IMG/VR virus record: IMGVR_UViG_3300025098_000062
Coordinates: 1 to 53,642 of that record
Direction: 5' to 3' (one strand)
Length of the DNA stretch: 53,642 nucleotides
DNA from: a virus
Lineage: Duplodnaviria; Caudoviricetes
This document shows positions 29,396-38,159 of the stretch, one piece after another. How positions within the stretch are numbered: position 1 is the first letter of the stretch; the number at the start of each line of letters is the position of its first letter. The notes under the pieces were generated by a model. That model was not told the origin of the DNA. It worked only from the letters and a program-made list of their open reading frames with translations, and ran no database searches. Position numbers and translations under genes: made by a program.

Positions 29396-30241
29396 TTATT
29401 TATTTATATTTTTAAGTATATGTGCAATTACATTTATTGTCCACCCATTTCCTAACATTTTATATCGTTGAGTTTTACTAACACTTGCTGTATAAAAATC
29501 AGGAACTGTTTGTGCTCGTTCACATTCTAATGGTGTAATATATCTTAATCCTTTTTTATCTGGTATTCCAAAAAATCTTTGAGAACTACAACCTTTTCCA
29601 TGTGAACCTTCTATCATCTGAACTTTCTCATTATCTTTTTGTATTCTTAATTTTTTATTTTTTCTTTTACTATGTCTATGAATCCAATCTAACATCTTAT
29701 TAGAATAATAATATTTATCATTTACATTTTTTTCTTTTATATCTTTATATAAAATATTTTTATCTTTAGGTATTTTAAAAGATATATTAGTCCAATATAA
29801 TCTTTTTCTATTTTGTGCTGATACTAAATTACTATTAACTTCTATTGGTTTAACACCTAATTCTTTAGATATAATATTTTCATATTCTTTTTTCATCTTA
29901 ACATTCTCATATAAAAACCAACTTGGTTTTAATTTATTTTTAATTTTAACATAATCAAAAAAGTATTGACTTCTTTTATCTTTAAATCCTAATTTTTTAC
30001 CTGCATTAGAAAAGCCTTGACAAGGAGAACCACCTAATAATAAATCAAAAAAAGGAAAATTTGCACTGAAATCTATATGAGAAACATCACCTAAATTAAT
30101 TGTATCAGGATAATTTAATTTAGTTACTTGAATACAAAACTTATCTATTTCGGCTGTAAAATAATTATTGTATTTTATATTAGCTTTATTAAGAGCTAAT
30201 TGTCCACAAGACATTCCATCAAACAAAGATAAGACATTCAT
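29396..30241 (-). CDS. DNA (cytosine-5)-methyltransferase
   Basis: LSLFDGMSCG, GGSPCQGFS, ENV, QNRKRLYW and LGNGW. Confidence 0.92.
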   Translation of the reverse strand: MNVLSLFDGMSCGQLALNKANIKYNNYFTAEIDKFCIQVTKLNYPDTINLGDVSHIDFSANFPFFDLLLGGSPCQGFSNAGKKLGFKDKRSQYFFDYVKIKNKLKPSWFLYENVKMKKEYENIISKELGVKPIEVNSNLVSAQNRKRLYWTNISFKIPKDKNILYKDIKEKNVNDKYYYSNKMLDWIHRHSKRKNKKLRIQKDNEKVQMIEGSHGKGCSSQRFFGIPDKKGLRYITPLECERAQTVPDFYTASVSKTQRYKMLGNGWTINVIAHILKNINK

Positions 30242-30242
30242 T

Positions 30243-31910
30243 TTAATCTCCTACATCAAATTGATTAGTATCGTCAAGCTTATTATCTTTAAGCTCTTTT
30301 AATCTACCTGTTGCTCTATCATAAAGTAAATTACCTGCTGCTCCTGTATCACCTGTATATCTATTCTTTAAGATACGAAGCATAGTTGTATTAGCTGTCA
30401 TAGAATCATGTGCTTGTTGATTACGTTCAAGAGCAATAACACAATCACTAAGATGTGCAATAGAAGCTGAACCTCTAAGATGTGACAGTGTAACTTCTCT
30501 ACCATTTTCGTGACCTGTATCACCTGTTGGTCTTCTTAGATGTGATACTAATAATAAACCTACACCTGTCTGTTCAACTAAACTTCTTAACTTAGTCATA
30601 AGAATATCAATAGACTTTCTTTCATCATCTCCCTCTTGTCCACTAACTAAAATAGATAGATGGTCTAAGATAATCCATTTACAATCTAAAGCTTTAGCCA
30701 TGTATTGTACACGATTTAGTATTTCATCATTATGTATAGAACCAAAGTGGTCAAAGGCATAGAACCTACCAGTTCCTATAGTAGCATCTTCCCACTTTTT
30801 TAATTGTTCTCTTGTATGTTGGTCTCTAATTTCTTTAATATATAATCTAGCACCTGCTTCAACAGACATAATATTAAATGCAGTTTTCTTAATGTTTTCT
30901 TCTAATGCTAAGACACCTATATTAGAATTAGTAGCAGTAAGTATATGATGCATTAGTTCTCTTGTTACTGATGACTTACCCATTCCTGCACCTGCAGTAA
31001 AAGTAACTAACTCACCTGTTCTCATACCATAAGTCTTATCATTAAGAGCTTGCCAAGGATACAAACATGTATCATTCTTTTGTTCTTCATATAAAGAACT
31101 TTGTAATGATTTAAGATTAATAATACCTGCTGGTGTATATACATCTGCATCCCACCATGCATCTAAGAACTTTTTACTTTCTCCTCTTTGTGCATATTCA
31201 TTAGCATCTTTGTAATCTAAACGCATAATCTTACACTTATTAGGTTCAAAGAGTTGAGCTACTTTAGATGCTGCTGCTTTACCTGGTTCGTCATTATCAA
31301 AACAAATTATAATTGTTTCAAACTTATTTAAGTATTCATAAGATGCTTTACAATCTCTTACTGCACCTGCTGCTCCTGTCTTAACAGAAACACAAGCCCA
31401 CTTAGCACCCATCATTTGATAAGCAGACATACAATCTATTTCACCTTCAGTGATAGTAACAAACTTACCTCTTGCTGCAAATAAGTTTTGTCCGAAGAGA
31501 CCTGCTGTAGATATAGAACCTTCAGCCCAGAACTCTTTCTCTTTAGTGTTACGTACCTTAGATGCTACATGTGAATTATTACTATCATAGTATTTATATA
31601 TATGTTGTGTAATATTATTGTCATTGTCTTTACGTACAGCAACATTAAACTTACTACAGGTTTCTTTATTTATTCTTCTATCATGTAGTGCTTCAGTATG
31701 TCCTTCTGTAAAATTAGTTTTAACTACACCTCTTATAGGTGCAGGTGTTATATTATTATTATTGTTCATTTGTTTCCTTTCTGGTGGTGTATAAGTGTTA
31801 CATGAAAAGCAGTACCAGTGTCCATCTTCATATAATGTATTTGCATCACTTGAACTACAGTTACTACATGCTCCTTGTTTAATTACTTTATCGTTCATTT
31901 TATCGTTCAT
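30243..31910 (-). CDS. Primase-helicase (T7 gp4-like)
   Basis: Zn finger CSNC..CFSC; TOPRIM EGEID and FDND; Walker A GAGMGKS; ILDHL and LRGS. Confidence 0.95.
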   Translation of the reverse strand: MNDKMNDKVIKQGACSNCSSSDANTLYEDGHWYCFSCNTYTPPERKQMNNNNNITPAPIRGVVKTNFTEGHTEALHDRRINKETCSKFNVAVRKDNDNNITQHIYKYYDSNNSHVASKVRNTKEKEFWAEGSISTAGLFGQNLFAARGKFVTITEGEIDCMSAYQMMGAKWACVSVKTGAAGAVRDCKASYEYLNKFETIIICFDNDEPGKAAASKVAQLFEPNKCKIMRLDYKDANEYAQRGESKKFLDAWWDADVYTPAGIINLKSLQSSLYEEQKNDTCLYPWQALNDKTYGMRTGELVTFTAGAGMGKSSVTRELMHHILTATNSNIGVLALEENIKKTAFNIMSVEAGARLYIKEIRDQHTREQLKKWEDATIGTGRFYAFDHFGSIHNDEILNRVQYMAKALDCKWIILDHLSILVSGQEGDDERKSIDILMTKLRSLVEQTGVGLLLVSHLRRPTGDTGHENGREVTLSHLRGSASIAHLSDCVIALERNQQAHDSMTANTTMLRILKNRYTGDTGAAGNLLYDRATGRLKELKDNKLDDTNQFDVGD

Positions 31911-31923
31911 TTTATTTTATCTC

Positions 31924-32112
31924 CTAATCATTATTATCCAATACAGTTCTATATAGTTCGTTAACAAAACTAGTTTTATCTTCCATAACTTCATTAACTT
32001 CTTTCTTAGCTAACTTCTTAGCTTCTTGTTTAGTATAACCTTCTTCTTGATACTCTTTAACAAAAGTCCAGAACATTCTATTTCTTTCTTTATCCCAGAG
32101 ATTTGTGCTCAT
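31924..32112 (-). CDS. Hypothetical protein
   Basis: 62 aa in the tightly packed early operon. Confidence 0.55.
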   Translation of the reverse strand: MSTNLWDKERNRMFWTFVKEYQEEGYTKQEAKKLAKKEVNEVMEDKTSFVNELYRTVLDNND

Positions 32113-32317
32113 GTATCCACCTTACTCTTTCTATTCTCTTATCTTTAGTATAATAAGTATATTTATATTTATTATTCTTGTCAACATAAGAATATTTATT
32201 TTTAGAAAATTTAGAATACAATACCATATCACATCCCATAGTTTTCCAAACTCCTTGATGTAAGTTCCAATGTTCTTCTGGAGTTAATGAGCACTGTTCA
32301 TTCGTATTAGTCATCAT
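32090..32317 (-). CDS. Hypothetical protein
   Basis: Packed early gene with an AGGA RBS. Confidence 0.5.
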   Translation of the reverse strand: MMTNTNEQCSLTPEEHWNLHQGVWKTMGCDMVLYSKFSKNKYSYVDKNNKYKYTYYTKDKRIERVRWIHEHKSLG

Positions 32318-32495
32318 GTTTTATATCCTTTTCTGCCCAGCTAATACCACCAGAAAACGTGGCTTCTGGGTTTATTTTTCTACGTAAGTAATGTAGTTCT
32401 TCTGTTAATACTTTTATTCTTATATGAGCTCTGCTCAGTTGTTCTTGTAAGTCTTTAATATTCTTTTTATATAAGTCTTCTCTTTGCTGTGTCAT
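32307..32495 (-). CDS. Hypothetical coiled-coil protein
   Basis: Packed early gene. Confidence 0.55.
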   Translation of the reverse strand: MTQQREDLYKKNIKDLQEQLSRAHIRIKVLTEELHYLRRKINPEATFSGGISWAEKDIKHDD

Positions 32496-32496
32496 A

Positions 32497-32691
32497 TTAA
32501 TGTATCCTATATATTTTAATTGAGCTAGAATTTAAATCAAAATCTATTGGTGCTATACTTAATATAAAAGAAGTAGCTTCTTCAATAGATTTAAACTTCA
32601 TTGGCATTTGAAAATCATCTACTAAATAGTCAGGTAACTCATCTTCAAAAGGACTAGCGTGAGCTATAACATAAGCATCTTTAACATTCAT
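32497..32691 (-). CDS. Hypothetical protein
   Basis: AGGAG RBS. Confidence 0.6.
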   Translation of the reverse strand: MNVKDAYVIAHASPFEDELPDYLVDDFQMPMKFKSIEEATSFILSIAPIDFDLNSSSIKIYRIH

Positions 32692-32756
32692 TATTATTCT
32701 CCTGTAGTAATGCTATTTAAGTATAGCATATATATTAATAATATAAAATAATTATT

Positions 32757-32906
32757 TTAATTACGTACTAGTATTAAGCATATCAATGATATAACTAATA
32801 CAATTGGAAAGATATAGTTTAACCAGAGTGTCTTATCTTTTTCTGCTGGTGCGAACCAGTGACCAGTACGTTTCATTCTACGTTTACGTTCAGTTTCTTT
32901 ATCCAT
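32757..32906 (-). CDS. Small membrane protein (49 aa, MDKETERKRR...LICLILVRN)
   Basis: Not in the track; GGAGGAG RBS; C-terminal TM. Confidence 0.55.
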   Translation of the reverse strand: MDKETERKRRMKRTGHWFAPAEKDKTLWLNYIFPIVLVISLICLILVRN

Positions 32907-33156
32907 CTTTTAAATCTCCTCCTCCATATGTTATCTCACAATCTGAATTACCCCATTCATTACCATGATATTCAACTAATACAACAAGACTATCATATAA
33001 TGGAATCTTATGTGTTGTTCCTTCTTCAGAATAATTTACATCTGCTTCAGAAACTACAAAACTTATTTCTTCTCTTGTTAATTTTCTATTACTTTTAATA
33101 GTATAACTTCGTGTATCTTGTGACCATTCTTCAAAGCCATATGTATACTTACTCAT
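32899..33156 (-). CDS. Hypothetical early protein (paralog A)
   Basis: AGGAG RBS; resembles 33412..33666. Confidence 0.6.
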   Translation of the reverse strand: MSKYTYGFEEWSQDTRSYTIKSNRKLTREEISFVVSEADVNYSEEGTTHKIPLYDSLVVLVEYHGNEWGNSDCEITYGGGDLKDG

Positions 33157-33422
33157 TTGTTATTCTCCTTTATTTTATTATCATTTTTACCTACTGCTGA
33201 CCTGGGCAGTACAACTACTTCTGCATCTGTTTCTATCCAGACCTTAGCACCACAAGACAAAGGCTTATCAGGACTGTATATAACTTTACTCTCACCTAGT
33301 ATCTTTACTTCGTGAGCATATGTATTACTATTATAAGTCTTAACAGTAATTACTGGGTCTCTTCTATCATTCTTGTGATTAGATTTAATAACGTGTTGGT
33401 TAATATGTATTCTAGTCTTCAT
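33153..33422 (-). CDS. Conserved phage hypothetical protein
   Basis: IHINQHVIK and YSPDKPLSCGAKVWIET; GGAG RBS. Confidence 0.65.
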   Translation of the reverse strand: MKTRIHINQHVIKSNHKNDRRDPVITVKTYNSNTYAHEVKILGESKVIYSPDKPLSCGAKVWIETDAEVVVLPRSAVGKNDNKIKENNK

Positions 33423-33666
33423 GATTTATATCTCCATGTCCATTAACTACATTAAAAGATTCTTCAGATAGTATAACATCTCTACCTATGTATGTAGTTT
33501 CTGTTTCTAAATTATCTAATTTAATTTTTTTAGATTGTCCTACAAATAAACATTTCTCTCGTACATATTCTTCTAACTCATCAATAGATAATTTATCAGT
33601 AGAAGTTACAATATATCTATCTACATTTTTATTTGTTTTTATTATTTCATATTCATATTTAATCAT
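33412..33666 (-). CDS. Hypothetical early protein (paralog B)
   Basis: Likely start MIKYEY after GAGG. Confidence 0.6.
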   Translation of the reverse strand: MIKYEYEIIKTNKNVDRYIVTSTDKLSIDELEEYVREKCLFVGQSKKIKLDNLETETTYIGRDVILSEESFNVVNGHGDINHED

Positions 33667-33916
33667 AGCTACCTCTCTCTTCATATTTAACAAACTGTAA
33701 TTTAATTCTATCGTCATCATCATGTATAGTAAAACCTAAACTGTTCCATATATCAGGACATTCATCTCCATATATGTATGTATACTTATCAGATTTTTGT
33801 TCTTTATCTTTTAAATCAGAAACATATTCAAGTATCTCATTATGTGTATATCTTTGTGCAGCATTATCTCCTACTAATGCTTCCATTAACTGTATTAATT
33901 TTTCTCTATTGTTCAT
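33659..33916 (-). CDS. Hypothetical protein
   Basis: AGGAG RBS. Confidence 0.6.
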   Translation of the reverse strand: MNNREKLIQLMEALVGDNAAQRYTHNEILEYVSDLKDKEQKSDKYTYIYGDECPDIWNSLGFTIHDDDDRIKLQFVKYEERGSYD

Positions 33917-34055
33917 TTTTATTCTCCTTGTTATTGTTACGTATTAGTATATAATCTTTTTTTCTACTCATTAAGAAATCAAACAACTTAAAATGTACAT
34001 CTTTAGTAGTAGGTTTTCTTTTAAAGTTAAGCGTAATAGTAACTGTCCATTTCAT
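33906..34055 (-). CDS. Hypothetical protein (49 aa, MKWTVTITL...)
   Basis: Not in the track; fills the gap. Confidence 0.45.
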   Translation of the reverse strand: MKWTVTITLNFKRKPTTKDVHFKLFDFLMSRKKDYILIRNNNKENKNEQ

Positions 34056-34301
34056 TTAAGTTTCCTTTATTATTTTTAATGCTTCCTCAACAGTTTGATT
34101 ATCTTTATAAACTTTCCAATTAGTTCTATCATAAGGCATAGTTTCTATTACATATTCTCCTTTAGTATTATGTCTAAAGATACACATATATATTTCTTCT
34201 ACTGTATCTCTAAATTCTTTCTGAGAATATTTAGATATATTTATTTCTTTTACTAAAGATGCAAAGTGTTGTGTTTCTATTTGATTAAATCTTTTACTCA
34301 T
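34056..34301 (-). CDS. Hypothetical protein
   Basis: AGGAG RBS. Confidence 0.6.
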   Translation of the reverse strand: MSKRFNQIETQHFASLVKEINISKYSQKEFRDTVEEIYMCIFRHNTKGEYVIETMPYDRTNWKVYKDNQTVEEALKIIKET

Positions 34302-34315
34302 CTTTATCTCCTTTA

Positions 34316-34537
34316 TTAGTTTTTAATTAATTGAATCTCTAAGAACCCTCCACCATTTCCTTCTGGGTCACGACTAACTACAACTTGATATTCTTTACCT
34401 TTATATTTTGTAATCAAAATTGGAAAAGGTTCTATGTCTGCATCTTTATCATCTAAAACATACTCTGTAATAGTATGACCTATTAATTGTTTATAATGCT
34501 TTGCCATTGCATTTTTATATTGTTCACTTGTATTCAT
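34316..34537 (-). CDS. Hypothetical protein (SRDPEGNGGGFL motif)
   Basis: AGGAG RBS, ATGA coupling. Confidence 0.6.
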   Translation of the reverse strand: MNTSEQYKNAMAKHYKQLIGHTITEYVLDDKDADIEPFPILITKYKGKEYQVVVSRDPEGNGGGFLEIQLIKN

Positions 34538-34905
34538 TTTTTATCTCCTGATATTGCACCTATTTGTGGTAAGATTTTATCTTCTATTGCATTCTCTATA
34601 TTCTCTAATAAGCTAGGTGATGTAGTAGGTTTACCATACTTATACGTAACAGTATTATTTTTTATGTCATCAACATCTGATGGCTGCAACCATACTAGTT
34701 TTTCTCTATCAGGTGTAGCTAACCAATCTATTACTGCTGTATTAATTATATAATTTTCTCCATGGTTTTCATTTAAGTAATATAAGAAATCAAAAAAGCT
34801 ATCATCACCTAGTCCATCACCAAGCTTATCATTACCATCTTTATTCTTAATAGGTTTAGTAAGTATTTGTTTTAGTTTGTCTTTATCTACGTGCCATGTT
34901 CCCAT
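34534..34905 (-). CDS. Hypothetical protein
   Basis: AGGAG RBS. Confidence 0.6.
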   Translation of the reverse strand: MGTWHVDKDKLKQILTKPIKNKDGNDKLGDGLGDDSFFDFLYYLNENHGENYIINTAVIDWLATPDREKLVWLQPSDVDDIKNNTVTYKYGKPTTSPSLLENIENAIEDKILPQIGAISGDKK

Positions 34906-34934
34906 GTCAATCTCCTTTTAATAATTTATTATAA

Positions 34935-34979
34935 GAACTATGAGTTCTTTTCTAAAAGTAAAAAAGAACTCGATAGTTC
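34935..34979. other. Long intergenic hairpin (terminator or RNase III-type processing site)
   Basis: GAACTAT-GAGTTCTTTT / AAAAGAACTC-G-ATAGTTC, 17 bp with one bulge. Confidence 0.55.
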
Positions 34980-34989
34980 GTTTTAAATG

Positions 34990-35970
34990 TTAAGCTACAT
35001 CAGCATACTGTAATGCTTTAGTTAACGCTTCTTGTTTATACTTACTTGCGTCACCATACCAAGAACTTCTTACTCTAGATGCATTACTTTTACCTAGCTT
35101 ATGGTCATACATATATGTAACTGTATTAAATGTATCCCACCAAGAATCTTTAACTAGTCCTGCACCAGGTGTACCATTGTTATGTAATCTATTAGCATAA
35201 GCTGCTTTTTTACTACGCACATAACCTTTAACTTCTTCTTCATAATGTGTCATAGGAAATAACTTACTAAAGTATTCATCTCTGCTTTCTTTAGTACTCA
35301 TTTTATTAACAAGATGTTTAGCTTGGTTACTATATTCTATCATACTATTAGAAGCTAACCCAAGTGCATCTTTAACCATGTGTGGGTCAAACTTTTTAGT
35401 ATGGTCTAAGCGTATACCATTATTGTTACTACCAAGAGCAAGCTGTAAAGTATTATTACAAACCACCCTGATTGGCGTAAACCTGACATTGAGAGAAGTA
35501 CCAAATGAATGAGGATTAGTAAACAACATATAACTTTCAACGACATCATCTTTAACCACCTCAAATGTTTCATTAACTTTAGCAAGTATCCATACTATCT
35601 TGCCATTACTTAATGAACCAGCTGTATGCATTTCCATCTTCCCTTCTTCGACCCAATCATAAAAGAAATCAAAGGCTTCTTGATTCTGAACAGGATGCCA
35701 GTTCTTACCTACTACATCTAGTTCAGTGTTATCTTCTTCTCTTATCAGTGCCATCTTATTCTTTATTAACATACCACCATGATATTGATTTAGATTATCT
35801 TGTTCAATAGCACTATTATTTAATCTAAACATTGGTACTTTCTTAACAGTCCAGTTTAACTGTGCTGCTTCCATCATTTCGTATGCACTCATATCATTTG
35901 ATACAGGTACACCTAACCCATGCCAAGGTAACTCCCCAGCATAAGCCATAGTTTCTACGTTATGTGACAT
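34990..35970 (-). CDS. DUF932 family (LGT_TIGR03299-like) protein
   Basis: MAYAGELPWHGLG, PVQNQEAFDF, TAGSL and TPIRVVCNNTL. Confidence 0.85.
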   Translation of the reverse strand: MSHNVETMAYAGELPWHGLGVPVSNDMSAYEMMEAAQLNWTVKKVPMFRLNNSAIEQDNLNQYHGGMLIKNKMALIREEDNTELDVVGKNWHPVQNQEAFDFFYDWVEEGKMEMHTAGSLSNGKIVWILAKVNETFEVVKDDVVESYMLFTNPHSFGTSLNVRFTPIRVVCNNTLQLALGSNNNGIRLDHTKKFDPHMVKDALGLASNSMIEYSNQAKHLVNKMSTKESRDEYFSKLFPMTHYEEEVKGYVRSKKAAYANRLHNNGTPGAGLVKDSWWDTFNTVTYMYDHKLGKSNASRVRSSWYGDASKYKQEALTKALQYADVA

Positions 35971-35980
35971 ATTGTCTCCT

Positions 35981-36217
35981 TCATTTTAGTTTATCAAAAG
36001 CTGCAACAGAAGTTTCTATTTCATGTTGCAACACCTCTTTATTAAACTGTCGTATCAATCCATTAATAGTATCAATCGGTACGATAGCCCAATTCTCTCC
36101 GAGCATATGTGTCAAATCATCTAAGTTATCTTGACTACATTTATCTCTTAATTCTTTATGGTCTTTCCATGTATGTTTATGTTCCCAACTACCATACAAT
36201 TTTTTATCTAGTATCAT
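35981..36217 (-). CDS. Hypothetical protein
   Basis: GAGG RBS, coupled. Confidence 0.55.
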   Translation of the reverse strand: MILDKKLYGSWEHKHTWKDHKELRDKCSQDNLDDLTHMLGENWAIVPIDTINGLIRQFNKEVLQHEIETSVAAFDKLK

Positions 36218-36402
36218 TTTGTTATCATCCTCTCTCTAATGTCTTCAACATTTGATTGTAAGTCATTGATTTTACAGACGATAGTATCTTGATTATCTAA
36301 TACTTTTTGTAGTAAATCTAAAAGTGCAGTAAAGTTTTTAGTGTAATGCATTTCAACTGCCAGGTCTTGTAATTTTTGTAAACTTGTATCTACTTTGTTC
36401 AT
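36214..36402 (-). CDS. Hypothetical coiled-coil protein
   Basis: GGAG RBS. Confidence 0.55.
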   Translation of the reverse strand: MNKVDTSLQKLQDLAVEMHYTKNFTALLDLLQKVLDNQDTIVCKINDLQSNVEDIRERMITK

Positions 36403-36520
36403 TTGTTTTCTCCGTTATAAATTTAAGTTTGTAACATGGTGGACACCAGCCTTCATCTAATTCGATAAAGACTGATGTTGCACCACACTTCACACATCTT
36501 CGCTGATAATCTTTAACCAC
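36353..36520 (-). CDS. Small Zn-finger protein (GTG start; CVKC...CPPC)
   Basis: Not in the track; two CxxC pairs; fills the gap. Confidence 0.4.
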   Translation of the reverse strand: MVKDYQRRCVKCGATSVFIELDEGWCPPCYKLKFITEKTNEQSRYKFTKITRPGS

Positions 36521-36680
36521 ATTTAATTCTTTCTAATGCAGTCAATAAGCTTCTTGAACTAATGTACTCTTTGTGTACGATATGTCTTTCTAATATATCA
36601 ACAGCCCAAGACCATGTAACAGGTTCTTCTTTGACTATTGCTTTTACTTTATCTTCAGTTATATCCATTAAACTACACAT
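36513..36680 (-). CDS. Hypothetical protein
   Basis: Likely start MCSL after AAGGA. Confidence 0.5.
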   Translation of the reverse strand: MCSLMDITEDKVKAIVKEEPVTWSWAVDILERHIVHKEYISSRSLLTALERIKCG

Positions 36681-36696
36681 ATTATTTCCTTTCATT

Positions 36697-36927
36697 TTAT
36701 GATAATGGTGTTAAATAATCTGCCCATACTTCATGCCAAGCTTCAGCTGCTGCTTCTTCAAACTCAGTCATAGAAATATGTTCAGGTCTGCTAATGCTAC
36801 CATCTTTTTCAGCAGCATTAAACTGTTGCCAGAACTCTTGTATATTCTCTGATGATTTCATCATGTCTGTACATTCGTTCCAGAATTCTTCTTGTTCTTC
36901 CATCATTTTATTTTTAACTTGTCCCAT
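36697..36927 (-). CDS. Hypothetical acidic protein (MGQVK...)
   Basis: GGAG RBS; Glu-rich. Confidence 0.6.
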   Translation of the reverse strand: MGQVKNKMMEEQEEFWNECTDMMKSSENIQEFWQQFNAAEKDGSISRPEHISMTEFEEAAAEAWHEVWADYLTPLS

Positions 36928-36928
36928 A

Positions 36929-37162
36929 TTAGTAACTCCCTAATGTGTTAATTTTATATAAGTTCTTTAACTCTTTTAGCTTTGGTGCACCTAAGTTATG
37001 TATACCTTTCAGTATGTTTACTATGTTTGAAGAGCTACAACTAAGTGCATCTGCTAGCTGCTGTATAGTTAAATTATTATCAATAGCTATCTTGTACAGT
37101 AACTTACCATGTGGTCCAATAGCTTTATCAAAGTCTTGTATTGTTAATGCTGGTCTACCCAT
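36929..37162 (-). CDS. XRE/Cro-type HTH protein
   Basis: LTIQQLADALSCSSSNIVNILKG HTH; likely start MGRPAL. Confidence 0.7.
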   Translation of the reverse strand: MGRPALTIQDFDKAIGPHGKLLYKIAIDNNLTIQQLADALSCSSSNIVNILKGIHNLGAPKLKELKNLYKINTLGSY

Positions 37163-37341
37163 TAGCTTATCCTTTCTATTAATACTCTTACACCTGGTCC
37201 ATACCAGTTGTATGTTTCTTTTAACCAAGTGCGTTTCTTTAATGCTTGGTCTAGTGTGTATGTACCATCTAGTTCTACTGTCTGTCCTACATCAGGATGC
37301 ACATCTTTGTATATTAATTTAAACAACATTTCTTTCTTCAT
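37162..37341 (-). CDS. Hypothetical protein (59 aa, MKKEMLFKLIYKD...)
   Basis: Not in the track; AGGAG RBS; TAATG-coupled to the HTH gene. Confidence 0.6.
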   Translation of the reverse strand: MKKEMLFKLIYKDVHPDVGQTVELDGTYTLDQALKKRTWLKETYNWYGPGVRVLIERIS

Positions 37342-37354
37342 TTTAATCTCCTTA

Positions 37355-37585
37355 TTATAAAGTTATATTAGCATAGAGCAATCCTAAAAGAAAGCATATT
37401 CCAAAAAACAATACAAATAAACCTGCACCAAGTAATGCATCAAACAACTGGTCTTCCCAGAACTTCTTTGATGATATATCTTGCAGGTCTTTCTGTGCTT
37501 TATATAATATTCTTGCTTTCTTTCTTTCATATCTTCGTTGGTTATCTAAGTCTCTAAGTTCTACATTGTTCATAATAATCTCCAT
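37355..37585 (-). CDS. Small membrane protein
   Basis: C-terminal TM helix. Confidence 0.55.
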   Translation of the reverse strand: MEIIMNNVELRDLDNQRRYERKKARILYKAQKDLQDISSKKFWEDQLFDALLGAGLFVLFFGICFLLGLLYANITL

Positions 37586-37769
37586 GTTATGTATAATTTT
37601 TTTAACTATTTCCGAAGGAAATAAATAGAGATAAAAAAATTAATTAGTTACGTATTAGTTACGACTTAGCATCATAGCTATCAAGTCGTATTAGTTTAAT
37701 CTAAGAATAAAAGCTAAAAGTGTTTTAGGAGAGCAAGAGAGAGCTATTACACTCTCTCCTGCCAGGCTC

Positions 37770-38063
37770 CTACTCTTCGATAGCAGGGAGGTTGCTATCG
37801 GAAGCTTTTTCTGGTACATCATCACCAAACTGTATGGTAATGTTACCTTTGGTAGTTTTACTGTGCCAAGCAGTTGCCCATACTTTTCTACCAGATGCAA
37901 CTAGATTACCTTTTTCGTCACGCACTGGATTACCTTGGTCGTCATACTTGGCTAGGTTAGCGATACCCTTCTTGAATCCACCAGCCTTTATGAATCCAGG
38001 ATTCACTCCCTTGTTATACAAAGTAATTGAAGCGATTGTATTTTGAAGTTGTTTTTTATCCAT
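37770..38063 (-). CDS. First early gene, hypothetical
   Basis: Likely start MDKKQL after AGGAG. Confidence 0.6.
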   Translation of the reverse strand: MDKKQLQNTIASITLYNKGVNPGFIKAGGFKKGIANLAKYDDQGNPVRDEKGNLVASGRKVWATAWHSKTTKGNITIQFGDDVPEKASDSNLPAIEE

Positions 38064-38159
38064 TGTTCTCTCCTTGAGAATTAAGTTAATATAACAGAAA
38101 AATGTTTTCTCTTTTTCCAAAGGAAAAAAAAGGGAGAAAAGATTTAGGGATGCCATTGA

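Noticed and set aside
32759-33950. TTACGTA(C/T)TAGT at ~32761 and ~33937 as a T7-like phage promoter (TAATACG)
   Set aside because: Both copies fall inside small ORFs (coding I-L-[IV]-R-N), the match to a T7 promoter is at most 7 nt, and no phage RNAP is present.
36929-37162. HTH gene as a lysogeny repressor
   Set aside because: No integrase, peptidase S24 domain or divergent cI/cro arrangement in the window.
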